Below are positions 13,371 to 25,188 of a DNA stretch of 64,000 nt, piece by piece (position 1 is the first letter of the stretch; every line of letters begins with the position of its first letter). Made by a program: the position numbers and the translations under genes. The stretch lies in contig NW_003526940.1 of assembly GCF_000181795.1 (NCBI RefSeq), positions 1,941,854 through 2,005,853 of the forward strand, in the 5' to 3' direction. A model generated the notes under the pieces. It worked only from the letters and a program-made list of their open reading frames with translations, searched no databases and was not told the origin of the DNA. The stretch comes from Trichinella spiralis (taxonomy: Eukaryota).

Positions 13371-13754
13371 TGTAACGAGCGAAACAACAAGTCACTCGTC
13401 TCCGATGTTAGTGGACTGTATGTCTGAGTTGTTTTTGCAAGGTCGGGAGTGTCCAATGTGTTAGACAATCCGACTTATAAGGCGACAACTGTTATTTAAA
13501 AACTCGATTGAGTGTCAAACAGTTTACTCAAGAAAATAACACTGAGCCGGGGATAATCAAACAAGAAATCAAAGAATAACACACCAAGAAAAGCAAACAC
13601 GCTAAAGGCAAACTACTAACAACGACAAGCCACGACACTATCTCGCCAGCAACCACGCCCCAAAAATCTCCTATTATGTCACTTCCGGGTCTACCGTATT
13701 ATTAATGACACTCAGGTTCTCTGTTGAATACAGACCCCATTTCTGTCGTCTACA
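13371..13754 (-). repeat. 5' LTR of element 1
   Basis: Followed on the minus strand by the PBS and flanked by TSD TGCAT. Confidence 0.97.
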
Positions 13755-14815
13755 TGCATTTTTGCACGTTTTAAAATTGAAATTTACGTGCATGCAACAT
13801 GAAAAAAAATAAAAGCATACATATTATTCCATTTTATTATTATTAACATGTGATTTATGCTATTTGCAGGTCAAATGAAATGTAAACTTGTAACTGCGTG
13901 GGTGGGTTGGGGTGCATGGCGGGCAAGGTGATGATGACCCACCCCATAGATAGTTTTTTTGTAATTGCGTCGCTTTTTTAGAAAAATTTTATTAATTTTT
14001 TGAATATAAAAATAAATGACTGTCAGCAAATCGAATTTGGTCAAGCATGAAATTTCTTCCACTGTGAATGTTTCCTAATTCCCTCCCTGCAATCAGCATA
14101 TCCATCCACTTTTAGCACATGGAAGAGCATTGGGAATTTTTCTGGTTGGTCATTTTTTCTACGAATACATCTACCAACAAAGCTTTCTTCTTAAAGATGA
14201 GAAAGGTCTATTCTTTTACCTCTTTGAACTGTGAACGGGTGATTCGAAGTGTTACTGCAGCTTTCAGGACATGGCATATTTGAATAGTGTTGATTTGTGT
14301 GTTGGTGTTGTTAATTCAGTGCTGGACATCCGGTCGCGCCAACTGCTGAGTAACAAACATCCGCCCGGTGTTTCTTTATTTCCATAGAGTTAGGATTCAC
14401 GTATGTATGTATGTATGCATGTATGTAAGAGTTCATATAACGATAGCATTCAATGAATGATTGCTGCAGTGACATCCCAGGATATTTATGAACAGCCAGA
14501 GTGGTTTGTTGGTCATTTGGTCATCGAACCGGAAGAAATTAAAATTTTTTTCATCAATTTGAAAACACTCTCTCCTGTGATTGATATGTGTGAAAGTTTT
14601 TGCTTTAATTGCTACACACACGCATCATTGCTTTGTTGCTGTTTTGTTTGACAATTTTTGCTAAGAAACATAAACAAACATAATTGAACTAAAAAAATTT
14701 TCAAAATATGCACGAAACATTTTTGAAGAAAAAAATAAATTGAAGAAAGGGACAAATTTTTACTGTTTTCACATCTTACTTTGACAAAAGGACAACGGAA
14801 ACACAGTATGCACAA

Positions 14816-15076
14816 TGTGAGAAGCAGTCCGTCCCGTTCTGCTCCTTTGCAATTGTAAAGTTAATGGAACATAATTGTACCTGCACATCCCGCCAAAATT
14901 TTTGTAGAACATCGACAGTAGGGGACCCTGAGTTGGAAGCCGGTGATTGTTTTTGTGTGGCTGCTATTCCGTTTTTCTTATTTTGTCATTGCTGTTTTCG
15001 CCGTTTTGTGCTTTGTCTAATAAACTATTAACTTCTCGCGATTGTCTGAAACCATGTAGCGCCGACGAGCGCTACA
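14816..15076 (+). mobile_element. Possible solo LTR fragment
   Basis: AATAAA at ~15019 and a terminal hairpin TGTAGCGC-CGACGA-GCGCTACA (15055-15076) ending in CA, like other LTR ends here. No partner or TSD; the 5' boundary is a guess. Confidence 0.3.
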
Positions 15077-15351
15077 CTATTATTGTTATTTAGGTTTTAT
15101 TATTCTACGTGTATATTAAATTTTGAACAGTTAGTAGCGGTAAAGGAAAAAAATTTATTTCTAATAAATAAAGTCAAATATCAAGACAATAAATAATTTC
15201 ATAATCACTAATAATAAATCAGATTATAAAATTCAAAAATTTTTCCACTTATTTCGAATGAATGTAAGAAATGAAGCTCAGTAAAGCTTCTTATAAATTT
15301 TATTAAAAAAAGTTTTTTTTTCACTTTAAACTGTTGAAAAATAAATATCAA

Positions 15352-16152
15352 TTATTTGTGATCTTTGTATACCTGCAAATTCTTTCGCTGTTTCAACAAA
15401 TTGGTAAACTCCGCACAACCTTTTGGTACAGAACCGCGGTGCCAGTCGCACAAAAAATTAAAAAGTCCATTTTGGTAGATTTGCAATTGTGTTGTGCTGA
15501 GATCGTTGATCAATATCCAAGGAACAAAATAATGCGGATGTGGTTTGACATTTTCGGTAATTTCGGCCATTTCAAGCTGAATCAGATCACCTTCTACGCT
15601 ATTTGCGCATTTGTATATTGCTATTGACAATGTTTGGTCTAGTTTCCTTTTTTTGCTGCAAAGTAAGAATGCTGCATCAGGATCCATTTTCAATTTGGCC
15701 GCTTCTTCCAAACAAACGATCAACGGAAACCATTTTTCCACGTACACCAGCTTGCTTATAGCACAGCCGTGAAGTTTGTTCAGAGCACATTCAACGGGAC
15801 CATGTTGACATTGTATAGTCCATGTATTGTTAAGTTGGATTCTCCTAGCGTTGCCGTAAGGGATCAAATTGAAGTCGACAAAATCTTGCCCATATTTCCA
15901 AACATATCGCTGCAAAGTGTTCAAAATAAACTCTTGACAATCTGGACAAAGAGTTTCATAAAGTAGTGTCAATTTGATTTTCTTGTCCATCTGAGATGTG
16001 TTGTAATGTAAGCATGAATCCAAAACTGAACATTCTGTAGCCACATTTTCACTGTTGCACCAAAGTGCTGGCGGAATATTACAACTTTCATTTATGAAGA
16101 AGTTGTATACCACAACAGACAACAACAGATAAAAGCCAAAATAATTCAGCAT
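15352..16152 (-). CDS. GILT-like (gamma-interferon-inducible lysosomal thiol reductase) protein with N-terminal saposin A-type motif
   Basis: Likely start ATG at 16152 gives a signal peptide (MLNYFGFYLLLSVVVY). SapA-like CNIPPALWC..AxEC, active site YETLCPDC (CxxC), GILT signature CQHGPVECALN, and YFVPWILIN. Single exon, 266 aa. Confidence 0.92.
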   Translation of the reverse strand: MLNYFGFYLLLSVVVYNFFINESCNIPPALWCNSENVATECSVLDSCLHYNTSQMDKKIKLTLLYETLCPDCQEFILNTLQRYVWKYGQDFVDFNLIPYGNARRIQLNNTWTIQCQHGPVECALNKLHGCAISKLVYVEKWFPLIVCLEEAAKLKMDPDAAFLLCSKKRKLDQTLSIAIYKCANSVEGDLIQLEMAEITENVKPHPHYFVPWILINDLSTTQLQIYQNGLFNFLCDWHRGSVPKGCAEFTNLLKQRKNLQVYKDHK

Positions 16153-17101
16153 TTTATTATTGTTGAATAGAACAAGCAGCTTTTTTTCTGAAGAAAAGGG
16201 CAGCAACGTCCCAACAAAAATAAAGCATTCAATAAAACAAACTAATCGACGATACGTATAATAAATAACACACAACAACATTTGTGCCACATGTTCATTT
16301 TGTTATCACATTCTACGGTTCTTATCAATTTGTCATTAACTTTTGCTTATTGTCTCTCGATAATCAATTTTCAACCTGATGCTTAGCTGTGCCTTAACTA
16401 AAACTTAAATTGTTCTTATTATTAGTCAAATTTGACAGCTTTTATTCCAACAACTGTTACGTTTTGGCATACCTACATATCATATATATGTATATATTAT
16501 TTATTTATTTATTTTTTGTTTCTGCTTTTCGCTGTTTTGTTGCTTATTTATTTATTAAGCTCTGCTTAAACATGACCACGTTAATGTTGACGTCAATAAA
16601 TCCGTGAGTCATTTTCCTATCCATTACTTTTTCTTACTTTTATGCGTATTTGCTGACGAATAAATTCAAATAATACGCTTACTGTTTGTTTTTTAACTTT
16701 GCATAAAAATTAAAATAAAACCACAAATCATATAAATCGTAAATTACAACTTTTATACAATTTGCATTTTATTTTCTCTTCAGATTAAATTGAAAATGAC
16801 CGCGCTAATCAGTAAAGTATTGATTCACTTTTGTTTACCAATGAGCGTTTCAACAAAATTTTTGTTCTTCATTTATACAATCCAATTTTAAATAATTACT
16901 AATTTTGAAAAATATTTAACCTCATTCAAATGAGCGCAATGTTTACTTTTAATGAAACTATCAAATATGAATTATATATTGTAATAAACATTATCAGTCA
17001 AATATTAAAGTCAAATGTACTGAAAACATTGATAAAATTTGAAAAAGAAAAAAAGCTGACTTCTATGACAAATATGCTGTTGTTGTTTCTACAGTGTAAA
17101 G

Positions 17102-18723
17102 CAGTGATTCCCAAAGTGAAAGATATCGCCCAATTGGGGGGCGATGAGAGGCTGGAAGGGGGCGGTGGAAGTAAGGGGGCACTTGGGGGGGGGGGGGGGG
17201 CGCTGGAAAATAATAGAGTACATTAGAGGGCGGCGCTGGAAAATAATAGAGCACATTAGAGGGGGGCGCTTAAACACAATGTTTTATGTTTTGTGTTCAT
17301 ATTAATATTTAAGAATATTGATTAATTATTTTGTGCTTAATGTGAAATGTGCCTTCTTCATCTTCTTCGCTCATATTTATATTTGCGGTGGTGGCTTGAC
17401 TGTGCTCCTGATCGCCGTGGAGCGATTATGCATTAATTGTGGATGTGAAGCTAATTAATTTAACAGTTGTTGGTCCATGCGACCTTGTTGGTTGTTTTTA
17501 TCTGAGTAGCCTGGAAATCAGTCACCGCACTGAAGTCACGTTCAACTAAGTAGGAAGATGGGAAGGCGAGTAGGAACCTACTAGGAAAGACTCAGTGCCG
17601 GATGTACTGGCGGTGCATTGCGCAATTTGCAGACAACATCTAGTTGCAAAGCACCTTACTGAACGTTTGCATTGCTCTTTGGGATACGTCATTGCGGCAA
17701 TAAACAAAATCAGAAGCATTCTTTTAAATGACAGATTATTCAGCCAGTTTTGCGAAGAAAATGACGAAAAATTCAATCGCCTGCAGATGCGCACTGAAGT
17801 CCGGTGGTTATCGAAAGGTGCTTGTTTAAGTCGCTATTATGAGCTTTTTGAAACCATTTTGGAATTCTTTCAAAACAAAGACCCTTCAATGAGAGACAGC
17901 TTGAAGATATGCAAAAGTGACATAGCATATATGGCTGATTTATTTTTCAAGTTTAAGGAACTTAATCTGCAACTGCAAGGAAGCGAACTTAATCTAATAA
18001 AGACGAGATCTCTCATTTCATCATTCACATCAAAGCTGGCTTTGTTCAAACGCAAACTTGGACGCAGAGAATTTTATCAATTTCCAAGCGTTGCTGCACT
18101 CAGGGAAAATGGAGAAGTACACGATGATGACATTCAAATCTTTTGTGATCATTTAGATGTGCTACAAAAGGACGTGCAAGAAAGATTTCAAGATATTCTC
18201 AAAATGAAGATTCCAAATTGGGTGATAGACCCATTTTCAAACACTGATGAGATCGAAATGGAATTAGAAAAGGAATTAATTGATTTACAAACCAATGAAG
18301 AGTTAAAGCCGAAGTTTAAGAATCATTCTTTCTGGTTGCAAAAACAAATATCTGACCTCTGTCCCAGTTTATGGAGAAGTTCCTGCTCGCCCTCCCATCT
18401 TCCTATTTAGTTGAGCGTGGCTTCAGTGTGGTTACTGATTTTCAAACAAAGAAAAGTAACCGACTGCAAATCGACAAACGTGGTAATTTACGACTGTTCC
18501 TTACAAACACTGAGCCCAATGTAGACAGATTAGTCGCAATGCACCAACCTCATCCATCACATTAATTATTTTCTCACTATATGATTATTTTTGAAAGAAC
18601 ACTCGATTTGAATAAATAGTCTGTTTAAAAATTCATTATTTTTTTGACAATAATTTAGGGGGGCGTTTGAAAAATATATGTCTCTCAAGTGGGCGATAGC
18701 CTGAAAATATTTGGGAAACACTG
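17102..18723 (+). mobile_element. Buster-type hAT DNA transposon, internally deleted
   Basis: TIRs CAGTGATTCCCAAA / TTTGGGAAACACTG (13/14). Degenerate 8-bp TSD GTGTAAAG / GTGTGAAC (nnnTAnnn type). Subterminal ~32-bp tandem repeat at 17199-17263. Confidence 0.88.
17595..18565 (+). pseudogene. C-terminal half of hAT (Buster/ZBED5-like) transposase
   Basis: VHCAICRQHL (degenerate CxxH), TEVRWLSKG, ELNLQLQG, and the dimerisation-domain motif SSYLVERGFS in a shifted frame (frameshift near 18375). The N-terminus is missing. Confidence 0.88.
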
Positions 18724-19509
18724 GTGTGAACAATCAGATTTGCATCTTTTAATTCAAAGCTGGCCAAATATGCACTTTCATCTCAAACTGATTTGACTGA
18801 TCAAATTATTTCGTTAATTTTGCATTATCATGCTCTTTATTGCTTCATTATTTGTGTTTATATTTGTTGCTACTGTCATATTTTACCAATAAATTATTAT
18901 TCATTTAAAATACTTGACATTTATCGAGTAAAAAAATAAAAAATTGACTACTGAAACATTTTCATTATAAATCATTAAACGTTTTCATTACATTACATTA
19001 CAACTGCTGCAGTTCATTTTTTGTTAAGTCGAATAGTCGATTGCGACAATTGGGAGCAGATGCTTTAATAGCTGGATATAACCTCTCATTTTTCACAATA
19101 CTAGCCGTGGCTTAATTACCAAGCGTGAGTGGGCTGTGCAGCAGATGCCTTCATACTTTATCATTAAAAAACTTCAGTGGTGCAGTGCTTCGAGTGAACT
19201 AAGGTCCCAGTCATTAAACTCGAGTGCGTGCTCTCCATAGGTTTAGGTCTTCCCTGCGAATTACAAAATATGCACTGTAAGATATATTTTTGCGCCTTTA
19301 TTGCACTAAAATTGCATAAAGTCAAGATGAATTGTTTCATTTATCACGCAAATGTAAGTTTAAATGATATACATACATCTGCAACAATAAAAAAATATTT
19401 ATGAGTTTGTCTTTATTGTAATAATAATCAGATTTAATTAAATTTTGAAATGCAATGTAATTATTGCGTGTAGTGATAAGACGTAATTTTTCGACTATGC
19501 AGACAATGT

Positions 19510-22212
19510 TTATCTTATGTTTGGTTCACAAAAGAGCAACTCTACAAAAACAGAAGCCCTTTCTCTGATGAAGTAACTTTCTAAATGAGTCATTCGTTCT
19601 AACAGAAAGCAGCTTTCATCAATGAAGTAAATTGCACTGCATTTGTTTGTCTGCATAACTGCCGCACAGTTTGTTAGACATTCTAGCAGAGTACTTGTAT
19701 TTGCTACTTCTATAATAACTGACCAACCGGATAAAAATAGAGGTTTATAGAATTCCACTTGACAAATTTCATCCAGAATCGGTAAGACATGCAATTCAAG
19801 TTGATCGTTGTCAGCACGTTCATTTTCTCTATCTGAAACAAAAGAATTAAAAGTAACAGACAAGTTATAATAGTGGCTGACGTCTGGATAAATTGGCCTA
19901 TGTGATGATGCTTTTATGAAAACGAAATAATTTTGCTCAAGAAATGAGAACTGCTAATTTCAATGCTTGAATTAGTTTCATTTTATTTCCGGAAAATTGA
20001 CATACCATTTAATGTAAGCATTTAATAAATTTTCAATATAATTCGCAATGTTGCGATTAAAACTCTCTTACCTTTTGAGCAATTGTTAAGAGTAAAAAAA
20101 TGATATCCTTCGTTTAAATCAACTTCATCCTCATAATTTCCCAGAACTGTAGTGAGGCATGCTTTTCTTTCTTTAGAATAAGCGATACCTTCACATAATC
20201 TGAAGTTTCTCATATAGCGACATATGCTTATACACTCGTTTAAAAATGAAACATTCGCATATAGTTGAACAAGGTTTATCCATGGAATTACGTTTGAAAC
20301 TGAATGCTGTACTGTGCATATCTCTTTATACTGAAACAAAGAAATTTTTTCTTCAGTGGTGAAATGATTTGAATGCTTCAGTGGAAGCATTCTTAGGTCT
20401 TTTACAATGTTGATCGGAATTCCATCTAGAACAAAAAAATTTTAACAACTTAATGCCGCTTCTGGCTTTATCAGGCACACTTCTTTTCAAAGTTAATTTT
20501 ATTACTAGCGTGTGACATTACTTGTTTCTCCATTATGACAAATTTATGAAATCACAGCTTATTTTAAAATAACTCACAAGAATTTACAAATTTACAACTG
20601 TACTCATAAAATGTTATAAGTGTAATATTGCAGAATAAATCATTGTGCAAATTTAATTATAATAAGTGAATTACTCGTAGTGAAATTTCAAACACTTTCC
20701 ACTATCATACTAAAGTTTTATCATGTTATGCGAATTTCACATTAATATACAAATCATATTTAAAATTTAGTAGCTTTCTTACCGTCAAAAAATTGTACTA
20801 TACGGCGGTTAAGTGGGCTGTTTGGCAAAGCGTACTTTTTTCTTATAGTAAAAGTGAGACACGTCTTTTCACCATGTGAAAAATAGTATCCATCACAGTA
20901 ATCTGCCAGGAATTTATCTAAGCACATCATTAAACAGTGGTTTTCATCTACAGTCTCCCATAGTCCAATGCGAATGCCGGCTTTCGTTGCATAAAAATGT
21001 ACCGGATATAATGATACTGTTAGATTAAATATGCTGTAAACAGTTGGGGCTATTTCTCCAAACCTTGGGATAGAATACGCATGTGGAAAATCAAAATCTT
21101 AAAAAGTAAATATGGTGAGTGTTGCTAAATAATAAAAATGAAAATATAATTGTGCTAAATCATTGTATAAATAACAAATACTCATAAATATTATGTAAAT
21201 AACAAGTAATTACTAAGGATTAAATACTAATGATTTTGCTGAAATTTTTATCAATGCTCTGACCATTTGGAAATGATAATCGTATTTTTATTTACCGTTA
21301 TAACATGTGCAAATAATAAAAAACAGTGCAGAACTTTCTAAAGTCGGTGCAATTCCCCCAAATAATGCTAAGTTTCTTGCTCTAGATAGAAGAAGACAGG
21401 TTCCTTCTTGGGCAGAAAACAAAACGCTGTTGCATGAAGTGTAAGTAGGTGCTTCACAAAAAGCAATACAGCGTTTCAGAGAAGATGTTGCAATAAGTTG
21501 AATGCGCTGAGCATAAAAGTTTTCCACAAAAGGCAACCCATAAAAGTGGCAGTTCTTGTGTGTAGAAGGTGTGTGTATTGTTGCCGAATTATTCCTCGGA
21601 TATACACTTTGAACCAGGATTCCCACAGGAATATTTGAAATGTCTAAATAAAATACTGGAATATTTCAAACAATTTATTTCCTGATTTTAAAAATTCATT
21701 TATAAATTTTCTATTTTTTATTACTTTAAAAAATTCTGCAAAAAAATGGAAAATGTTTTGTCTGGTGTATCATAGAAAATTTAATTTTTCGTAAATGATA
21801 AGTATCATACCTACGTGACAGCTGAGAAGTAGAAGGTGCAACGACTGTCCTAACTGATCGATTGGCGGCAAGATATGATCAGTTGCATTTTCGTAATACA
21901 AATTACACACTTTTGCAAATGGACTGTATTTGATTATATTACAGGAAGGTAAAAGACGGACACAAGCAGCTACACAACTTTCCATACTGCAATAGGCCTG
22001 TTTAATGTGAAGAACTTCCTCATGGCGAATTGCTTTTGCAGTTAACACACAGGTAGCGTCCAATTTTGGAATATACAATGACATCCACGAACAATTGACC
22101 AGCTAAAGAGGAAACATCACATGAAATGCCTCATTTAAAGATTCAACTCACTTAGACTTACATAGCAATTCATGAAGCATATTATTGCAAGAAGCGACCA
22201 CTGTCTTATCAT
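19510..22212 (-). CDS. Secreted protein with five PAN/Apple-like domains; exons 22212-22162, 22102-21811, 21643-21296, 21097-20783, 20425-20072, 19832-19510
   Basis: Signal peptide MIRQWSLLAIICFMNCY. All introns are GT-AG and keep the frame. Each of exons 2-6 has a C-x3-C..C..C PAN core (ESCVAAC, KRCIAFC, NHCLMMC, NECISIC, LECLTNC). Confidence 0.85.
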
Positions 22213-23016
22213 TGTATCTAAATGTAATTTATCTTTTCATGCGTGTTATACAATTGATTCCGGTTTGCAAGATCTCGACAACATTCACGCATCTGTTCGC
22301 GTTAATCAGTTGTTTGGCAAATAAATTTTGCATTCCAGAAGATGAATATTACCTTCGAAAACGCGCAGGACATCATTTTAAAAGCTTATTAGTAATTACT
22401 GTTGTTTTCTGCAAAATTCAAGAACTTCACTAGGTCAAGTTTATGTTATCCATGGACTGGGATACGTTTCGACAGCTTTGGACAAGAAAACACTTAATGT
22501 TGAATAAAAATGCACCTTAATCGACGAGCATGATGTTCACGTCAACGTTACTTGTCACCACAGCCGAGCTTTGCTATTTTGCACAAGCAATTATTTCTGC
22601 CATAAATACTGTTTGTCGTAATAACTAAAATTTTGTTTCAAGCAGAGTGGTTTGTAACTTTTGAATTTCAATTATTTTGATTTAAATTATTCATCTATTA
22701 TATTGGAACTTTATTTTATTCACAATATTGACATTCAGTTAATTGTATTAAAATAGACGTGCGCGATTTAATTTATAACAAACACTGTTATAAATTGCTT
22801 GAAAATAGAGAAAACTCTTGAAAAAGAAAATAATAAATATGTCAACAAATAAAATATAATGAAATAAATATCTACTCGAATGTGATGAGGTTTATAGCCA
22901 TTGTACGATGATTGAAACGTCATCACTTTTAAATAAAAATGGTAACATATTTATAGCATAGTATATTTCTGAATGCTTAAACATTTTGATCACTTGCAAT
23001 TCTATAAATATAGCAA

Positions 23017-23489
23017 GTACATGCGTGCGTGTGTGTGTGCATGGGACATAATATAGGTGCAAAATGTTATTTGTATTTTCAAGTCAGCTGAAAGTACTGA
23101 TGTCAATAAGCTGGAATGAAATCAGTTTAATTTCACCTAATGAGACCTTTAATTCATTAACAACTTCACTTTTTGATCTGTTTCTGGAAATCATAGCAAA
23201 TTAAATGCATTTATCAATAATGATTCAGATTAATTAGCAAATTCCAAAATGTAAAATATTGTGACAATATGTAGGTAGTAATATTTTATTAAACAGTTGA
23301 CATCATTAAATTTACATTGAAATTTCTGGCATTTGTTATTCATTTACTTGATTGTACGCGTATGCATGTGTGTTTGTGTGCGCCATAATATAAGTGCAAA
23401 ATGTTATTTATACTTTGAAATCTGCTTATAAGGTGTTCCATGTAATTAAACTGGAATGAATAAAGTTCACATTCACTTAATAAAACCTT
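23017..23489. repeat. Degenerate ~130-bp direct repeat (23017-23149 and 23355-23489)
   Basis: Shared blocks CATAATATA(G/A)GTGCAAAATGTTATTT and CTGGAATGAA after a (GT)n-like tract. Confidence 0.6.
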
Positions 23490-23641
23490 GTTGAAAGTAA
23501 TTGAATTGCCCCGTCTGGAACTTTTGAAGTTCATAATGAACTTCATTGATTATTGATTGAGAAGTTGTGAAAGGCATGTTTTAAATTAAGAATTTCCAAT
23601 TTATTTGAAATTACTTTTTTAGTTAATGAACGAATGATATG

Positions 23642-24255
23642 TGTAGTAAAGACTACACTTTTAATAACTAACAATCGGGTTCCAATACTGACTGTAGTTC
23701 CTTGCGCCTTATTCGTCCTCGTGACGAATAAGCTTTCTGTGGTTCTTTGTTAATTGTGATAACTACTGCGTCCAAGCAAATATCAGTCCACACAAATTTA
23801 TTGCCTTCAGTAATAACGACAATCAGAGAGAAACAATTTTACTCAACGATCTCAAAACAACAATAACGCTCAAACACACGGTTGTCTTCACAACATCTAC
23901 GACTGATACTGCTACTATCACTTTTTACCACTGCTGGTGGTACTGCTTCTGGTACTGCTCGTACTGCTCTGCTACTACTCGTACTGCTCTTCTTCTCTCA
24001 TATATACACACGCTTCTCGTGCACAATGACGTATTCTCATTGATATCTAAATATACCCCAATTCCAGGAATTGAGAGTTTCCAACACACTCTCTGGCGAT
24101 ATCGATTGCTTATTTTTAGCAGAAAACAAATAGTTGGCCAAGTGCCAAGTATTTCCAGTTTGTAACGTAATGTTTCCCAGGAGTCAATTGCTACGCATTC
24201 GTGTAAACAAGTTATTTATGGTATCTAAATGTGCAAACGAATTCTAATTTCTAAC
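23642..24255 (-). mobile_element. LTR of family X (left copy)
   Basis: Colinear with the TSD-flanked solo LTR at 34348-34991, lacking only the terminal base. TATATA and AATAAA on the minus strand. Confidence 0.9.
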
Positions 24256-25179
24256 TGTTACGTCTGTAACGACACCGACCCAGTCGGTGTGACCTGTCCA
24301 GGGGCTGGTGCCCAGAAGTCGCAGGTAGGCCAAGAACAATACCCGCACACCGCCGGCCAGATCGCTATTTGGGCATCTGGCGGCACCTAGTTGGGGTCAG
24401 AGAGGCCCTTTGCTGCGCCCCGATTGACCGTCGCTCGCGAGACAATGGCGAGTTCCGCCATTTGAGACGGCAGCGGTCAGATCAAAGGGCATGGAAGTGG
24501 TCATCATGACTTGACCATCGAGGGACTCCCGCAAGATCAAAGGATCTGAACCATGACGACATAATTGGATGCCGACAGGGCTTTAGATCGGCTCCGGAGA
24601 TGGCGAGCGCCCCCCGGCGAGCGAGCGGCCCATTGGTGGTTCGCGTGAGTCAACCCCGAGGCGCGGAGCCCGGCTCTATATATAGAGCTAGAAAGTGCGC
24701 CGTGAGTCATTTATGCAACAGTTGTACGAGAGGACAAGTTGGTTGCGAGAAGTTGGTCTAGAATACGTGTTCGCAGTACTGGTTGGCGGTATTGTCGGTA
24801 TTCCGAAGAGACGAATTGGAAGTGTTGGACGAGCCGAGTCGAAGTGCGTACGGAAGGACGATCGAGCGAAGGACTCATGTGAACCGTAGTGGAGACATTC
24901 GACTTACCGTTAGGGACGAACGGTATAACGCTGGTAGCAGAACACTTCGAGCGCGCAGTTCGTGGCGTATCGTGGTAGCGGAGTCAGTGAACCGGAAGAC
25001 GTCAGCGAAGGAGATCACAGTCCACGAGAGTTGGTACCCTGATCGCAGCCCACGCCGTGGAAGATTACACCTGATCCACTCATTATTTATACAGTCCACT
25101 TGCGTTTTGGCTGGACGAGCGAACGTCTGGTCAATATGTACTTGAGCATCAGATTGCTGTTGCAATTCTGACGTTAACA
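24256..25179 (+). repeat. Putative 5' LTR (family Y) of BEL/Pao element 2
   Basis: TGTTA...TAACA ends; ATTGG at ~24634, TATATATA at ~24677 and Inr-like TCATTT at ~24707; followed by a PBS. No second copy in the window. Confidence 0.75.
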
Positions 25180-25188
25180 ATATTTTTT

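Larger units (their letters stand above)
7624..13754 (-). mobile_element. BEL/Pao LTR retrotransposon, full length (element 1)
   Basis: Two 384-bp direct LTRs (7624-8007, 13371-13754) with TG...CA ends, 5-bp TSD TGCAT (7619-7623, 13755-13759), PBS and PPT, and gag-PR-RT-RH-INT order. Contains an N gap at ~10948-11696. Confidence 0.97.

Noticed and set aside
13895..13950. G-rich tract with GGGTGGGT / ACCCACCC complementarity and a TGATGA box
   Set aside because: Could be a G-quadruplex, hairpin or snoRNA fragment, but there is no D box or other support.
16153..16290. Extended N-terminus of the GILT ORF from a GTG start
   Set aside because: A eukaryotic gene would start at ATG 16152, which gives a clean signal peptide.
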